Counted from the stretch's first letter, positions 1-12,894 are shown. The stretch: 64,000 nt of DNA from Octopus vulgaris (GCA_951406725.2 OX597818.1:46562001-46626000), one strand, 5' to 3'. Translations and numbers: made by a program. The notes: a model not told the origin generated them from the sequence alone.

Positions 1-190
1 CAGACATTCAGAGACAGACAGACAAACATGTAGACAGAAAGAGAGACAGAGACAGAGACAGAGATACAATGAGAAAAAGAGACAGACAGACATACAAACA
101 GACAGGCAGACAAACAGACATACAAACAGACAGGCAGACAGATAGAAGCAGACAAACAGAGAGACAGAAACAGACAGGCAGAGACAGAGG
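1..190. repeat. (GACA/GAGA)-rich compound microsatellite
   Basis: Direct reading. Confidence 0.9.
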
Positions 191-1006
191 ATTATATAAC
201 TGCATTTTACATGACATATCTTTGTAAGATATATCGTACCAACAGTCAGTTTTGAAATGATCATACAATTTTGAAAGATAAACAATCCAAGTTACTTAAA
301 AGCCTACGCCTTATAGACACGATTATCTTTCAAATTGCCTAACAATTCGATGAACATTTTAGCTCAGTGTCTTACCTTTACTTTCATATCAACGTACACT
401 ATCCTACCTTTATTTTATCTGTTATTAATGACTAGAAACACAATGGAAACAGTCGAAGTTACAGAATATATCAGACGATATACTTTATTGTACCTAGTGT
501 AGTAACCGTTTTTGATTTGATTGCAAATCCCATCGGATGCGATTCCGCATTTCATTTTCTCAGGTGGACGATCAAAGAAGTTCCAGTCGTATATTAAGTT
601 AAGTCAACCGTCTGTTGCATTCTCCTACAGAATTTGGCTGAGTTCCCAGCCCAAAGCAGAATCATTATTTATTTAATCTTTTTATAACACTTCTCCGTCG
701 AATTCAAGCACCATCGAACGAAATTATTCTTGTTGATCAAATTTCTACAACAGACCAACTCGACGGACGCGCGTGTGCGCATGCGTGCATGTGTACTGGT
801 GTGAGCATGTGTGTGTATGTGCGTATGCGTATGTGTGTGTTCCTGTGTCTTAGAATAGAACGGGGGTTAAAGCTTTCACTAACATAATTGCCGTATATAA
901 GTTCGTCTGTGCGCACGTGTGCATGTGTGTGTGTGTGTGTGTCTGTACGTGTACGTGTGTGTACGTGTACGTGTGTGTACGTGTATGTATGTGTATGTCT
1001 GTGGAA

Positions 1007-1422
1007 GGCGGCGAGCTGGCAGAAACGTTAGCACGCTGGGCAAAATGCTTAGCCGTATATCGTCTGCCATTACGTTCTGAGTTCAAATTCCGCCGAGATC
1101 GAATTTGCCTTTCATCCTTTCGGGGTCGATAAATTAAGTACCAGTTATGTACTGGGGTCGATGTAATCGACTTAATCCGTTTGTCTGTCCTTGTTTGTCC
1201 TCTCTGTGTTTAGCCCCTTGTGGGTAGTAAAGAAATAGGTATTTCGTCTGCCGCTACGTTCTGAGTTCAAATTCCGCCGAGGTCGACTTTGTCTTTCATC
1301 TTTTCGGGGTCGATAAATTAAGTACCAGTTACGCACTGGGGTCGATATAATCGACTTAATCCGTTTGTCTGTCCTTGTTTATCCTCTCTGTGTTTAGCCC
1401 CTTGTGGGTAGTAAAGAAATAG
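1007..1422 (+). mobile_element. tRNA-derived SINE family A (Meta-domain-like), tandem dimer
   Basis: Head ggcggcgagctggcaga...gagttcaaattcc. Central gcctttcatcctttcggggtcgataaattaagtaccag. More than 25 related copies in the window. Confidence 0.85.
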
Positions 1423-1773
1423 GTACGTGTACGTGTGTGTACGTGTACACATGTGTGTACGTGTACGTGTGTGTACATGTACGTGTGTGTGCGCGCGTTC
1501 TCGTGCGTGTTTTTTATTGTCGGCTGGAGATAGAACTTCCAGCAAAAATTTTTTTCCGTGTCATTTTTGCGATGAAATTGGTTTTTCGTTTTTTTTCCCC
1601 CGCTTCTTATTCGGCATGAAAACGGGACGAAACTAATTATGTTTTGCCATTCTACAGCTCCTGTTCCTTCACCATTCAGTTAATGATAATACTGATATTT
1701 TCCTTAATTAACACTAAAGTAATTTTGCATGCTACATAGATCTGAGATTTTACTAAGTCATTTGATCAAAAGC

Positions 1774-1775
<2 letters not shown>

Positions 1776-1864
<89 letters not shown>
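1776..1864. repeat. (TTA)n microsatellite
   Basis: Direct reading. Confidence 0.97.
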
Positions 1865-2295
1865 TTCTTTGTAACACGGTCAAGCGATCCGTGAACAAAT
1901 GAAATATTTCTGCTTTGTATCTTAGTTCTAGTTGTATGATCTTGAAGTTTTGAGATATTTGACTACCATAATGAACGGCAGTCGAAGAGTTTGCATACCG
2001 CGCGGTCCTCGATGAAGAGAAAAGGTAAACTACAGACAAGAAGACGAAAATAACGGAAATTATTGGAGGGATGAACGTAGAAAAGTGATAGCAAGAAAAT
2101 AATCGAGCATTAGTTTAGTCTAGAGAAATTTGGATGTTATTTCCAATTACGTAGAGAACCACCTAACGTAATAAATGTAAATTAAAACCGTAACATCAAA
2201 GACGAAAACGAAATAGAAAGAAATTCGGCGAAAACAAGAAGCGGTTCTCCATTCAGTAACGAAAGGCAAAGAGTACGTCTTGGGAAAATGCAAAT

Positions 2296-2311
2296 ACACG
2301 CACACGCACGT

Positions 2312-2405
<94 letters not shown>

Positions 2406-2675
2406 CACACAGAGAAACATACACACATATAAAGACACACGTACACACAAACACATGTTCACACACACAAACACACACATACATACAAAGACACAGGTAC
2501 ACACACACTCAAACATTCACTTACAAACACACACACACACACACAAAACACACAGAGAAACATACACACATATAAAGACACACGTACACACAAACACATG
2601 TTCACACACACACAAACAAACATACATACAAAGACACAGGTACATACTCATTCACACACTCACTCAAACATTCAC

Positions 2676-2719
<44 letters not shown>

Positions 2720-2900
2720 CACACAGAGAAACATACACACACATTCAAAGACACACGTACACACAAGCACATGTTCACACACACACAAACACACACATAC
2801 ATACAAAGACACAGGTACACACTCACTCAAACATTCACTTACACACACACACACACACACACACACTTACACACACAAGCACACGAACGAGAACACACGC
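2296..2900. repeat. Higher-order (CA)-rich tandem repeat, 3 units of ~145-170 bp
   Basis: Landmarks cagagaaacata / aaagacacacgtac / aaagacacaggtac / caaacattcactta each recur three times. Confidence 0.88.
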
Positions 2901-3069
2901 ACTCACTTAGAATGTTTCTTATATCCTCATACGTGCACAAACAAACAAAGCTCAAAGATTTTTCAAAGACATTCTGTGAAATTATTCTCAGTTATTTTCA
3001 TTTATTTCTCTATTTTTATTCTTTTCACTTTAGATAAGTATATTCACACACACACATATAAATACTTAC

Positions 3070-3209
<140 letters not shown>

Positions 3210-3681
3210 GTGTGTGTGTCTGTCTGTCTGTGTATTCTTATATATTCTTGGACGCTATTCAATATTTCATTGCTTTGATTCTTCAACGCTCTTTTGATTT
3301 GGATTTCTTCTATTCTATTTTTCTCAATAAACTGTTTATTTACAGTATTTTTCTCGTATATGTATGTGTGTGTGCGTACGTGTGTGTGCGTACGTGTGTG
3401 TGTGTGTGTGTGTGTGTGTATCTTGGGAAGCTAAACAACTTGTGACAGCAACCAACTGTAAACTATTTTCCACAGTTCTTCATAATACTACACTGCCACA
3501 CCAATAATCTGTAATACGTTGACTACTGTAACAAGCCATAAAGCACTAGCTACGTTTATTTCAAGATTTGTTAAGAATATCTATTTGTAAGAAAATCTAT
3601 TTATACCATAGTAGTGAAATGGGCGTTAGCCAAGTTGATGTATTAGAAGCTAAAAAAAATTAATTTATCAAAATTCTGCTC

Positions 3682-3900
3682 TCAGTGATGGTAACAATTA
3701 TTATCTAAATTATTTGAAGGAAGGAAGGCCCCAGTTGGTCTTTGAATCTTCGTTTTGGGGTGCCTCCATGTTTTTTTTTCCTGGCTGTAGAGCATGGTCT
3801 GCGGGAGTCTTGAAGGGACAATTCGGGTGACATATCCTGACCACCTGAGGCGATGCTTGAGGATGATAGTTTCAATGCTTGGCATTTCTGAGTGATTGAG
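3682..3900 (-). mobile_element. RTE-clade LINE fragment (post-RT region)
   Basis: MPSIETIILKHRLRWSGYVTRI...RLPQTMLYSQ...GGTPKRRFKDQL. Confidence 0.8.
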
Positions 3901-3940
3901 GACTTGATATATATAGAGGACAACGAAATACCCCCCCCCC

Positions 3941-3983
<43 letters not shown>

Positions 3984-3989
<6 letters not shown>

Positions 3990-4635
3990 GCAGTGAATAA
4001 ATTGTCGTCTAAATTATGCAAAATTAAAAATAACGCGGACATCTAATTTTAACAGATATTACATAAAATTACATAAATCTGTCTTGAAATACTAAAGAGT
4101 AAATTTATTCAATAAAATCGCCATTAGCTTGTCCAAAAGCTTCGTAGCGCGGTCTTTCTTCTTGTCCTTGATGGCTTGGGATAAAAATTGGCCTTTTCTC
4201 ATCTTGTATGAGTAATACCAAATGCCTTCATGCACTACCTGCCTGATAAGAAGTTCAGACATTCCCATGTCCCTGGTAATGGACCTGATTGACTTGGAGG
4301 GATCGTTGTCAATCATAGCCTGGATCTCACCAACAAATTCAGGAGGTTCTTTTCTTATCAGAGCAATCAGAGTGAGTTTTGAGCTGTCGTACCATCGTAA
4401 TCACCATTAGACTCATCCAAATCTTTCCGAATCCTCTGCACTGTCCTCAGATTGACACCCAAACACTCTGAAATGTTCATACTGGAGCTTCCGGAGCGAA
4501 TGCCAAGCAGTACAGCATATCGTTTCCAAATTTCTGACAGAGTGACCCTACTATACTGTGTAGTCGACAAAATTAAACAATGCGCATGCGCGAAATAAAA
4601 ATATAAAATGGCGACAATTTACTCATCACACCCTG
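3984..4635 (-). mobile_element. Internally deleted Tc1/mariner (maT-like) DNA transposon
   Basis: Imperfect TIRs (tagggtgcagtgaataaattgtcgtc / ggcgacaatttactcatcacaccctg) with TA flanks. Transposase N-terminal fragments LGVNLRTVQRIRK and DPSKSIRSITRDMGMS...SYKMRKGQFLS. Confidence 0.85.
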
Positions 4636-4647
4636 TATGTGTGTGTG

Positions 4648-4681
<34 letters not shown>

Positions 4682-5483
4682 TGTGTGTGTGTATAAGGTC
4701 GAGGAGACGATCGCATATATTCATTAATTATAAACAGTCAAATATGGAATGAAGCGAAGGGTTAAGTCAGACTATTCCGAACATGTTTCCGCATTTATTT
4801 GACCTCATCTGCGAAGTATGGCTAAACGCGATTGCAATATCTTAGATTGACAAAAGAGATACAAGTTTTTCGTGAATGGATACTAAGTGACATGACTTAA
4901 GGAAAAACTAAGAGGGAGTGAGAAGAAATTACCTTGGTACGTCTGCTGCATAAAAATATAATAGTAAAATACCTGTTCTCATCCCTAAAGGTGGAATTTT
5001 AGTGAATTTATTAAAATTTCTTGGATTCCTACATAACGTATGTTAGTGTCATTTTTACTATTAAACTTTTATGCAGTAGGTGTCCCTAGGCAATCTGCTT
5101 CACCTCCAAGATCAGATCCTATATTCCAGTTCCTATCCACTTGAGACATGGGCCGAATAAGGCTTCCAAGCACCGTAACCGGACTTCTGCTTAGGTGACA
5201 AATGACATTACCAATGACATTCATGGATTTGTACCTGCGGATACCGATTTGCAGCCGCATTGACTTGTTCTGATTAATGTGTGCCCCTACATACCCCCCA
5301 TCCACCCACTAAATCACACTATCCGGAAATCAAGTCAGGCATGCGAGTGCTATAATAGCCCACCCTCTTTCAAACAGTATATTCTTAGCAAGGTACTTTC
5401 TACATGATGCCTCTTTGTACGACTTGATAGTTAACCTGAAGAGGAAATATAACATACAGCAACATATGATATCCATTGTGAAC

Positions 5484-5543
<60 letters not shown>

Positions 5544-5544
<1 letters not shown>

Positions 5545-5960
5545 GTTTCAAATTTTTGGTCAACAATTTTGGGGAAGGGGGTGAGTCGATTACAACGATC
5601 CCAGTGCTCAACTGGTACTTATTCTATCGACCCCGAAAGAAAGTTGAAAGTCGACCTCAGTGGAATTTGAACTCAGAACGGAATGACAATCTAAATGCTG
5701 CAAAACATTTTATCTGGCGTGCTAACGCTTCTGCAAGCTCTTCACCTTAGTAATAATGATAATGGTTTCGAATTTTGGCACCAGGCCTGTAATTTCAGAG
5801 GAGGGAGAAATCGATTAGTGTTTAACTGATACTTATTTTATCGATCTCGAAAAGATGAAAGGCAAAGTCGACCTCGGTGGAATTTGAACTCAGAGGATGG
5901 GTGAAATGCCACATAGCAGTTTTGCTCGGCGTGCTGACGATTCTACCGGCTCGCCACCTT
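5544..5960 (-). mobile_element. Two SINE family A copies
   Basis: Reverse-complement family A body, twice, with (AAT)n tails. Confidence 0.75.
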
Positions 5961-5961
5961 A

Positions 5962-6368
5962 TTAATAATGACATAGGTGTGATGAACAAAAAAAGAAAAA
6001 AATTTCATGATAATCGACATAGCATGTCCCAGTAGCAACAGGATCAAAGACAATGAAGAAAAATAAACAACTATGACGATTTGAAGTGGGGAATACGCAG
6101 CTAGTGAGCAACGAAGAGAGTGGACGCGATACAAATAGAAATTAGCGCGCTTGGAAGTATCAGTACTCAATTACCAACATGGCTGAAAAAGATTGGTAGA
6201 AATGTAAAGATAGAACACCTACAAAAACCATCATTGCTTCGTACTACACGATTCTGCCGCAGGGTTCTCGAAGCATGATCAGTAAACAAGTATCACCTTA
6301 GTCTGCTGACTGTGGACAGCTGACACTTTCCATCATACCCAGGAAAATAAGCTGAGAGTTTTCATCAA
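5962..6368 (+). mobile_element. 3' fragment of a divergent R4/Dong-type RLE retrotransposon
   Basis: Degenerate translation DIGVMNKKEKNFMIIDIACP...YDDLKW...LQK..LL.T.RIL. Ends in (AAT/AAC)n. Confidence 0.75.
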
Positions 6369-6403
6369 ATAATAAAAACAACAACAACTAATAATAATAA
6401 TAA

Positions 6404-6617
6404 TCCTTTCTGTTATCAGCACAAGGGCTGAAATTTAGGGAAAAGGGCTAGTCGATTATATCGACCCTTGTGTTCAACTTGTATTTATTTTATCGACCTC
6501 AAAAGGATGAAAGGCAAAGTCGACTTCCACGGAATTTGAACTCAGAACGTAAAGACAGACGAAATGCCGCTAAGCATTTTGGATGGCGTCTAAAGATTCT
6601 GCCAGCCAGTCGACTTA
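6404..6617 (-). mobile_element. SINE family A
   Basis: aggatgaaaggcaaagtcgac...gaatttgaactcagaacg. Confidence 0.8.
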
Positions 6618-6655
6618 ATAATAATAATAATGATAATAATAATAATTATAATAAT

Positions 6656-6703
<48 letters not shown>

Positions 6704-7251
6704 CCCTGATGCAGTACCAGACAGTGGCTCTCATGGCTTCTGATCTTGACTGATTGGAAGTGTTATCATATACATTGTTTTGTCTTGGTATAAAAGATGG
6801 GCTACAGCAAATATTCTACTCAATACCACAGATTTGCTTGTCAGTTGTTTGACCGTAACCAGTCGAGCATGTCCCTTAGTGGCTGACGATATGTGCATCT
6901 CTGATCATGAGAAGTAGTGGGAGAGCATCATAGCAATGTGTTGAGGGATTCTTTGGGGTTTGAATAATTGACCTCTGGAAACATGGGTGTTTCGTTCAAC
7001 ATCCTTAAACAACCCTTATTCAGGGAACTTTTGAGCGGGATGGGTTACTCGACCAGAAGAAAATTCTAACTGGGCCCCACCTGCAAGGTGATGTGCTGTT
7101 TATCTTGATATGAGATCACCATGTCGCGCACACATGGTTGTGATGCATGTGCCTGGTGTACCCTTATCAGACGGGTAGCCATGATGGGTATACTGGGCTT
7201 CGTATATTTTACCCCAATGTCACTTTGATGGCATGCACTGCTCTCTCACTC
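6704..7251 (+). mobile_element. Non-coding repeat inserted in (AAT)n; probable LINE 3' UTR or non-autonomous retroposon
   Basis: Second copy at ~19635-20091 has the same 3' end (gcactgctctctcactc-AATAAT) and a different 5' start. Both copies are flanked by (AAT)n. Confidence 0.75.
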
Positions 7252-7294
<43 letters not shown>

Positions 7295-7337
7295 TTTTAA
7301 AAGGTTTGACGTAACTCTTCACAAAAATAATAATAAT

Positions 7338-7551
7338 CCTTTTTACTAAAGGCATAAGTCCTGAAATTTGGGGGGAGGGGGTAAGTCGATTACATCGACC
7401 CCAGTACTTGACTGGTACTTAATTTATCGACCCCGAATGAATGAAAAGCAAAGTCGACCTCGGCGGAATTTTGAACTCAGAACGCAGCGGCGGACGAAAT
7501 ACCCCTAAGCGTTTCGCCCGGCGTGCTAACGTTTCTGCCAGCTCGCCGCCG
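7338..7551 (-). mobile_element. SINE family A
   Basis: Full body and head (ccagctcgccgcc). Confidence 0.85.
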
Positions 7552-7963
7552 TAATAGGAAGAAGAAGAAGAAGAAGAAGAAGAAGAAGAAGAAGAAGAAG
7601 AAGAAGAAGAAGAAGAAGAAGAAGAAGAAGAAGAATAGTTTCAACTAATAATAGTCGATGATTAACTGATTACACCGACCCCAGTATCTCTAAAAAGAAT
7701 GAAAGATAAAGCTGGTCTCGGCTAAATTCACAAGTAATGCTGGAAGAAATGCTGCTAAGCATTTTGTCCGGCGCGGTAACGATTCTGCCCGCTCACGTCC
7801 ACGTGATGTAATCTAATGATTGATTTCGCCCCCCCCCCCCCCCAATTAATTGACTTTCAACAGCGCTTTCTTTTACTTTACCTATTCTGGAGATATGATT
7901 GAAGAAACATAATTCATAACAGAAACGTAGTTGTCATCAGTCGAAGATGAGCATTTTATAATT

Positions 7964-8355
7964 TCTCTATATACAAAGCTGAAGTCGTCTGTGTATGGCA
8001 GGTTTGGTAGCCTTCAACTAACACTATCTCCTCCGAGACCCTGCGGCACAAGTTGACCAAAATTGAGAGTATGATAGAAGAAGGTTTGCTCTTCCTTCCG
8101 TAGAAGAAAAAATTCAAATAGGACCATGTTAACACCAAAAATTATTAACATCAAAAAGGTGCATTTTTTTTCTATGAAAATCTCTATTTTTTACGATTTT
8201 TTGACTGTTGTGTCGCCAGTTTTCGGTGTATTTCAACCAGAAAAATGTTCGCTTAAAGCGAATAACAAGCAAAATAATGCAAAAGTTTTACTTTTCAAAA
8301 ATTCCAATTCTAAAGGGTCAAAACAAATCCGAGCAACGCCGGGCGATACTGCTAG
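7964..8355 (+). mobile_element. Non-autonomous Helitron
   Basis: 5' TCTCTATATA. 3' GC-rich hairpin region ccgagcaacgccggg followed by CTAG|T. Confidence 0.8.
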
Positions 8356-8584
8356 TATAATGCTAAAATGTTAAGCCGATTCTTCACGTTTCCTACTTCG
8401 AATGACGTTGAAATTGATTTCGTCTTTAATTCCGAAAGAATCGATAAAATAAATAGCAGTCTCATAAGTAAAAAGAGAATATATTGATTATCAATTACGC
8501 GCATGGCTACCAGCATAGAAGCAGAGACGTTTCAATAGCATGGTAGGCCCCCTGGGCAAAGCAATGCACGGGAGACTTCTTTTT

Positions 8585-9159
8585 TTTTTACTTCTTTTAT
8601 TTGTTTCAGTCATTTGACTGTGGCCATGCTGGAGCACCGCCTTTAGTCGAGCAAATCAACCCCAGGACTTATTCTTTGTAAGCCTAGTACTTATTCTATC
8701 GGTCTCTTTTACCGAACCGCTAAGTAACGGGGACATAAACACACCAGTATCGGCTGTCAAGCGATATTGGGGGCACAAACACAGACACACAAGCATATAC
8801 ACACATAGATTCTGAGACCCCTTCGATCACGACAGGTCGTTTATGGAAGATCAACAGTCGCCCATGCATACCGGCCTCCACTCTCCACGCCACTGATGTT
8901 ATCCAACGGAAAGGCAACCGCAGATACAGCTTGGTACCTGTGTTGTCATAACTCATGTCTACAACTGAGTAAACTGGAGCAACGTGAAATAAAGTGTCTT
9001 GCTCAAGAACACAACACGCAGCCCAGTCCGGGATTCGAGCTCACAACCTCACGATCGTAAGCTCGACGCTCTAACCACTGAGCCATGCACCTTCATGCAC
9101 ACATACATATCTATATAAGAAGCCCGTCGTATATATGTATATATATATATATGTATGTG

Positions 9160-9203
<44 letters not shown>

Positions 9204-9299
9204 CGACGGGCTTCTTTCAGTTTCCGTCTACCAAATCCACTCACAAGACTTTGGTCGGTCCGAGGCTATAGTAGAAGACACTTGCCCAAGGTGCCACGT

Positions 9300-9300
<1 letters not shown>
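8585..9300 (-). mobile_element. SINE family B (CORE-like) with a family C SINE nested at ~8808-9096
   Basis: Family B 3' half at 8585-8806 and 5' half at 9190-9300. The tRNA-headed insertion lies between them. Confidence 0.75.
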
Positions 9301-9350
<50 letters not shown>

Positions 9351-9373
9351 ACATACATATATACATACATACA

Positions 9374-9409
<36 letters not shown>

Positions 9410-9444
9410 TACATACATATATATGTATGTATGTGTATGTATAT

Positions 9445-9519
9445 GGGCAAAGGGCATAGTGGTTAAGAGCGCGGGCTACTAACTTCAAGGTTCCGAGTTC
9501 GATTCCAGGCAGTGACCTA

Positions 9520-9581
<62 letters not shown>

Positions 9582-9798
9582 TAATAATAACAACAACAAC
9601 AACAACATCGAAAAATACCTTAGAAATGAGAACCCAGGTTCGAAATTTCCCCAAGACACCTGATGAAGGCTGGAGGGTATATCAGCCGAATCGTTGTGTT
9701 AACAACAAACATGACGAGGACAAATATCCGTCAAATCTGTCAAATGTAAATAATGTACATAATGTACATAATTCCTCATTTCTTATATATAGAACTGT
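9445..9798 (+). mobile_element. tRNA-headed SINE-like element with internal (AAT)n and a Penelope-like tail
   Basis: A box (tagtggttaag) and B box (gttcgattcc), then (AAT/AAC)n, then a tail containing a minimal hammerhead motif. Confidence 0.7.
9655..9700 (+). ncRNA. Minimal type I hammerhead ribozyme motif (one core mutation)
   Basis: gacac-CTGATGA-a-ggctg(gagggtatat)cagcc-GAAT-CG-TT-gtgtt. Stems I and II pair; core GAAA reads GAAT. Confidence 0.65.
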
Positions 9799-9868
9799 AA
9801 TATATCTGTGTGTATGTATGTATGTATGTATGTATGTATGTATGTATGTATGTATGTATGTATGTATG

Positions 9869-9921
<53 letters not shown>

Positions 9922-12894
9922 ATATGTATGTATATATGCATATATATATATATATAAATAAGTATATATATATATATATACATGCATACATATATATATA
10001 TATAAATATATATGTGGGGGTGTATGTACGTATGTATATATATATGTGCGTTTTTTTTGAAAGTATGTATATGTATGTACATGTGTCTGTGTGTATGTGT
10101 GTTGTAATAAATCCTCAATATACATATGCTGTTTAGCCCCGCATAATCTCTATAATTAAAAGCTTTCAAGGAGCAGCAATTCTCTCTTTTCTTCTCAGTC
10201 ATAGCTATGGTAACATTACCAGTAAGTCCTTCCATTTTTAAGACAGTAAGCTCTAATTTCGGAGAGACTTGGCTGTTGCTTCAAGCAAATTGAACCACCA
10301 TATACACACTCTTCCGTTGGATCGTAGACATATGTATCACCTTTACAGGTATATTAAGTTTCTTGCTAATATTTCGTCCTTAGATGAGAAATTCTTTCTG
10401 TTTTGCAGGTCTTTTTCGTATTTTTTGTTTGATTAACCTACTCTGGAAAAATAAGTACCGTAATTTTGGCAACATAGTGTTTATATCATATGACATAGGG
10501 GAATTTCTAAAATAAAAATATAAATCTGAGACTACTTACTGTACAGAAAGTAATGCTGATACGCCGAAGGGGACGTATTTGGAACTTGAGCCAAAAATCT
10601 ATGATTTCCAAACAGAATGTATCCTTAATTGAGCTAATTTCCGTTAAAGGGTTTACCGAAGATGTCAGATTCAAGAGAAGAAGCAAAGGATGTTAACTAC
10701 TTCTCCATAGGTGGATATTAAACATTGTAAATAAACTTCTTGTGGAAAGTGGGGTCGAACATAATTTGCTTTCTGCCGTGAGTTCAAGCTTTTATTGTTA
10801 TTAATCTCAGTAGGGCTCCTGACATGAAAGCTAATATAATATAAACATATATTAGTACGTTTTCGACGAGTTTATTAACATAATAGTTTGGAAGCTGGGC
10901 TGAATATTTTAGAATATTTTATTAAGCATATATTTATCTTATTCATTTATTAAAAGAAGTATTCTAAAAGAAAGCTGCTATGACTCTACATGGCGTAACG
11001 CCAATCCAAAACCGAAGCAGTTTTGGCAAATGGAGCAGAATTTTCGCTTGGTTTCCTTGAGTTTAAGGAAGCTAAAAGAAACAGCAGAGAACTTACGCGG
11101 CATAACAATAATTCCCGAGGCTCAAGAAATAGAGAATGGAAAACTCACGACATTTGCAAAGCCAATGCAAGAAGCCGTAAGAAGCTTGTAAAAAATATCA
11201 CGCCATTTGAGTAATTAGCTACCTTAAAGATTTGGCGTGCAAAATTCTGCTTGGTTAAGCATTCCTATTTAGAAATTTCTTAATGAGAAGAATATGCTAC
11301 GGCAACGCTAATCTGTTGTTTCAGACACAAATAGTTAACATGCAGCTCTCGTATTTTCTCTTGTTTAAAAACAATACATATCGTTATGCACAATAACTTA
11401 AATCTGTAATTAAAACACCTGAGTTTCGCCAAACAAGAAGTGTGTGTTCATTATTTTATGTAAACGTTAATTCTTGTAGAATAATAACCATACTTCTATT
11501 GTTTGTTCAACAAAGAATTTTCTTCGAAACAAAGTTAACTCTTTGATATATATTTCCTGTACCGCTGTTTATTATTATTTCGTGTCTGTATGGAAACCTT
11601 CCATTAATTCTCGTCTAGAAGGTGGCGAGCAGGCAGAATCGTTAGATTGTCTGGGGTGGGGGGATGCTTGATGGTATTTCTGAATTCAAATTCCGCCGAG
11701 ATAACTTTATCTTTCGTCCCTCCGGGGTCAATCTAATAAAGTGTCAATCAAGTACTGGAGTCGATTTAATTGACAAATTCTTTCTCCCTATAAAACTGCT
11801 GGCCTTGCTCCTAAATAAGAATACTTATTTCTCATCAAAACAAGGTGGGGATTGAGAATTTGGGATTGTTGTTTGTGAAGCTAAAAATAATTTTGAAAGA
11901 CTGAAAATAGCTTTTAGCAAAATTCACAGAAAATTTTTGACAAGAATCACTATGAAAATGTTTACAACTGCCGGCAATCCTTATAAAACTGCAGTAATCT
12001 GTCTCCCCAATGTTTTTCTCGTAACTACGTTATTATTCCCTAAGATTTTTGATGTTTTTTTTTATAAATTCCAAGTCAAATAAAGGAATCACAATGATAA
12101 TTCCTTTTGTTATGACTTCCTGCAGCTTCTTACCCAAGGGGAAGAGACTGCCAGAACACAGCAGGTAGTCCCAAAGAAATATAATTGATTTACAATTGCT
12201 TTGTTTTTCACTACAAGGACCACTAAAGTTGTAAAGTTAATTTTAATTCGTTCTATTTTACAAACGACAACAATGGCTACATAGTTATCTAATAATATAT
12301 TATAAAAATATATTTCTATACATAATATATCTATTGTGAAGAACTATGCTATATTCAGTGATGTCTTAAATAGAAGTGAGGAAAATCCGGTTGTTGTTAG
12401 ACTGTGTGGGTGCAAAATGAAATATGATATACTTGCATGATTTTCTCTATAAATTGCACAAGCACGGAAGTTTTCGTAGTAGATGAAAGTACAAGAAACT
12501 ACAGTGATATTTATAGAGGTTGCATATACAACAGTATTAGGTGGATGGAATGAAAACATGTTATGGAATAGTGCAGGCTGCTAAAATATCGTTGGTTTAA
12601 TGATAAGAAATGCAATTAGTATCCGGCGAGAAACCTAATACGAATTTATTGATTGTTGCTGCTGTTAATGCATCACAGGATCCCAGGTTAGCACTGACTG
12701 AGCAGATCTATGGTATGGAGACAGTTGGCCGCACGATTAAGAGTGGATATAAGTTGAGTTGAATTTCTGAATTAGCCAATGGTTTTCAAACGCAAATATC
12801 AATACCCAAGAAAAACATTAAATGTAACGATAACTATAAATTAGAATTCTCTATCTTAACAAGTTTAATTTTCTTGGGTAAAAATACATAAAAG

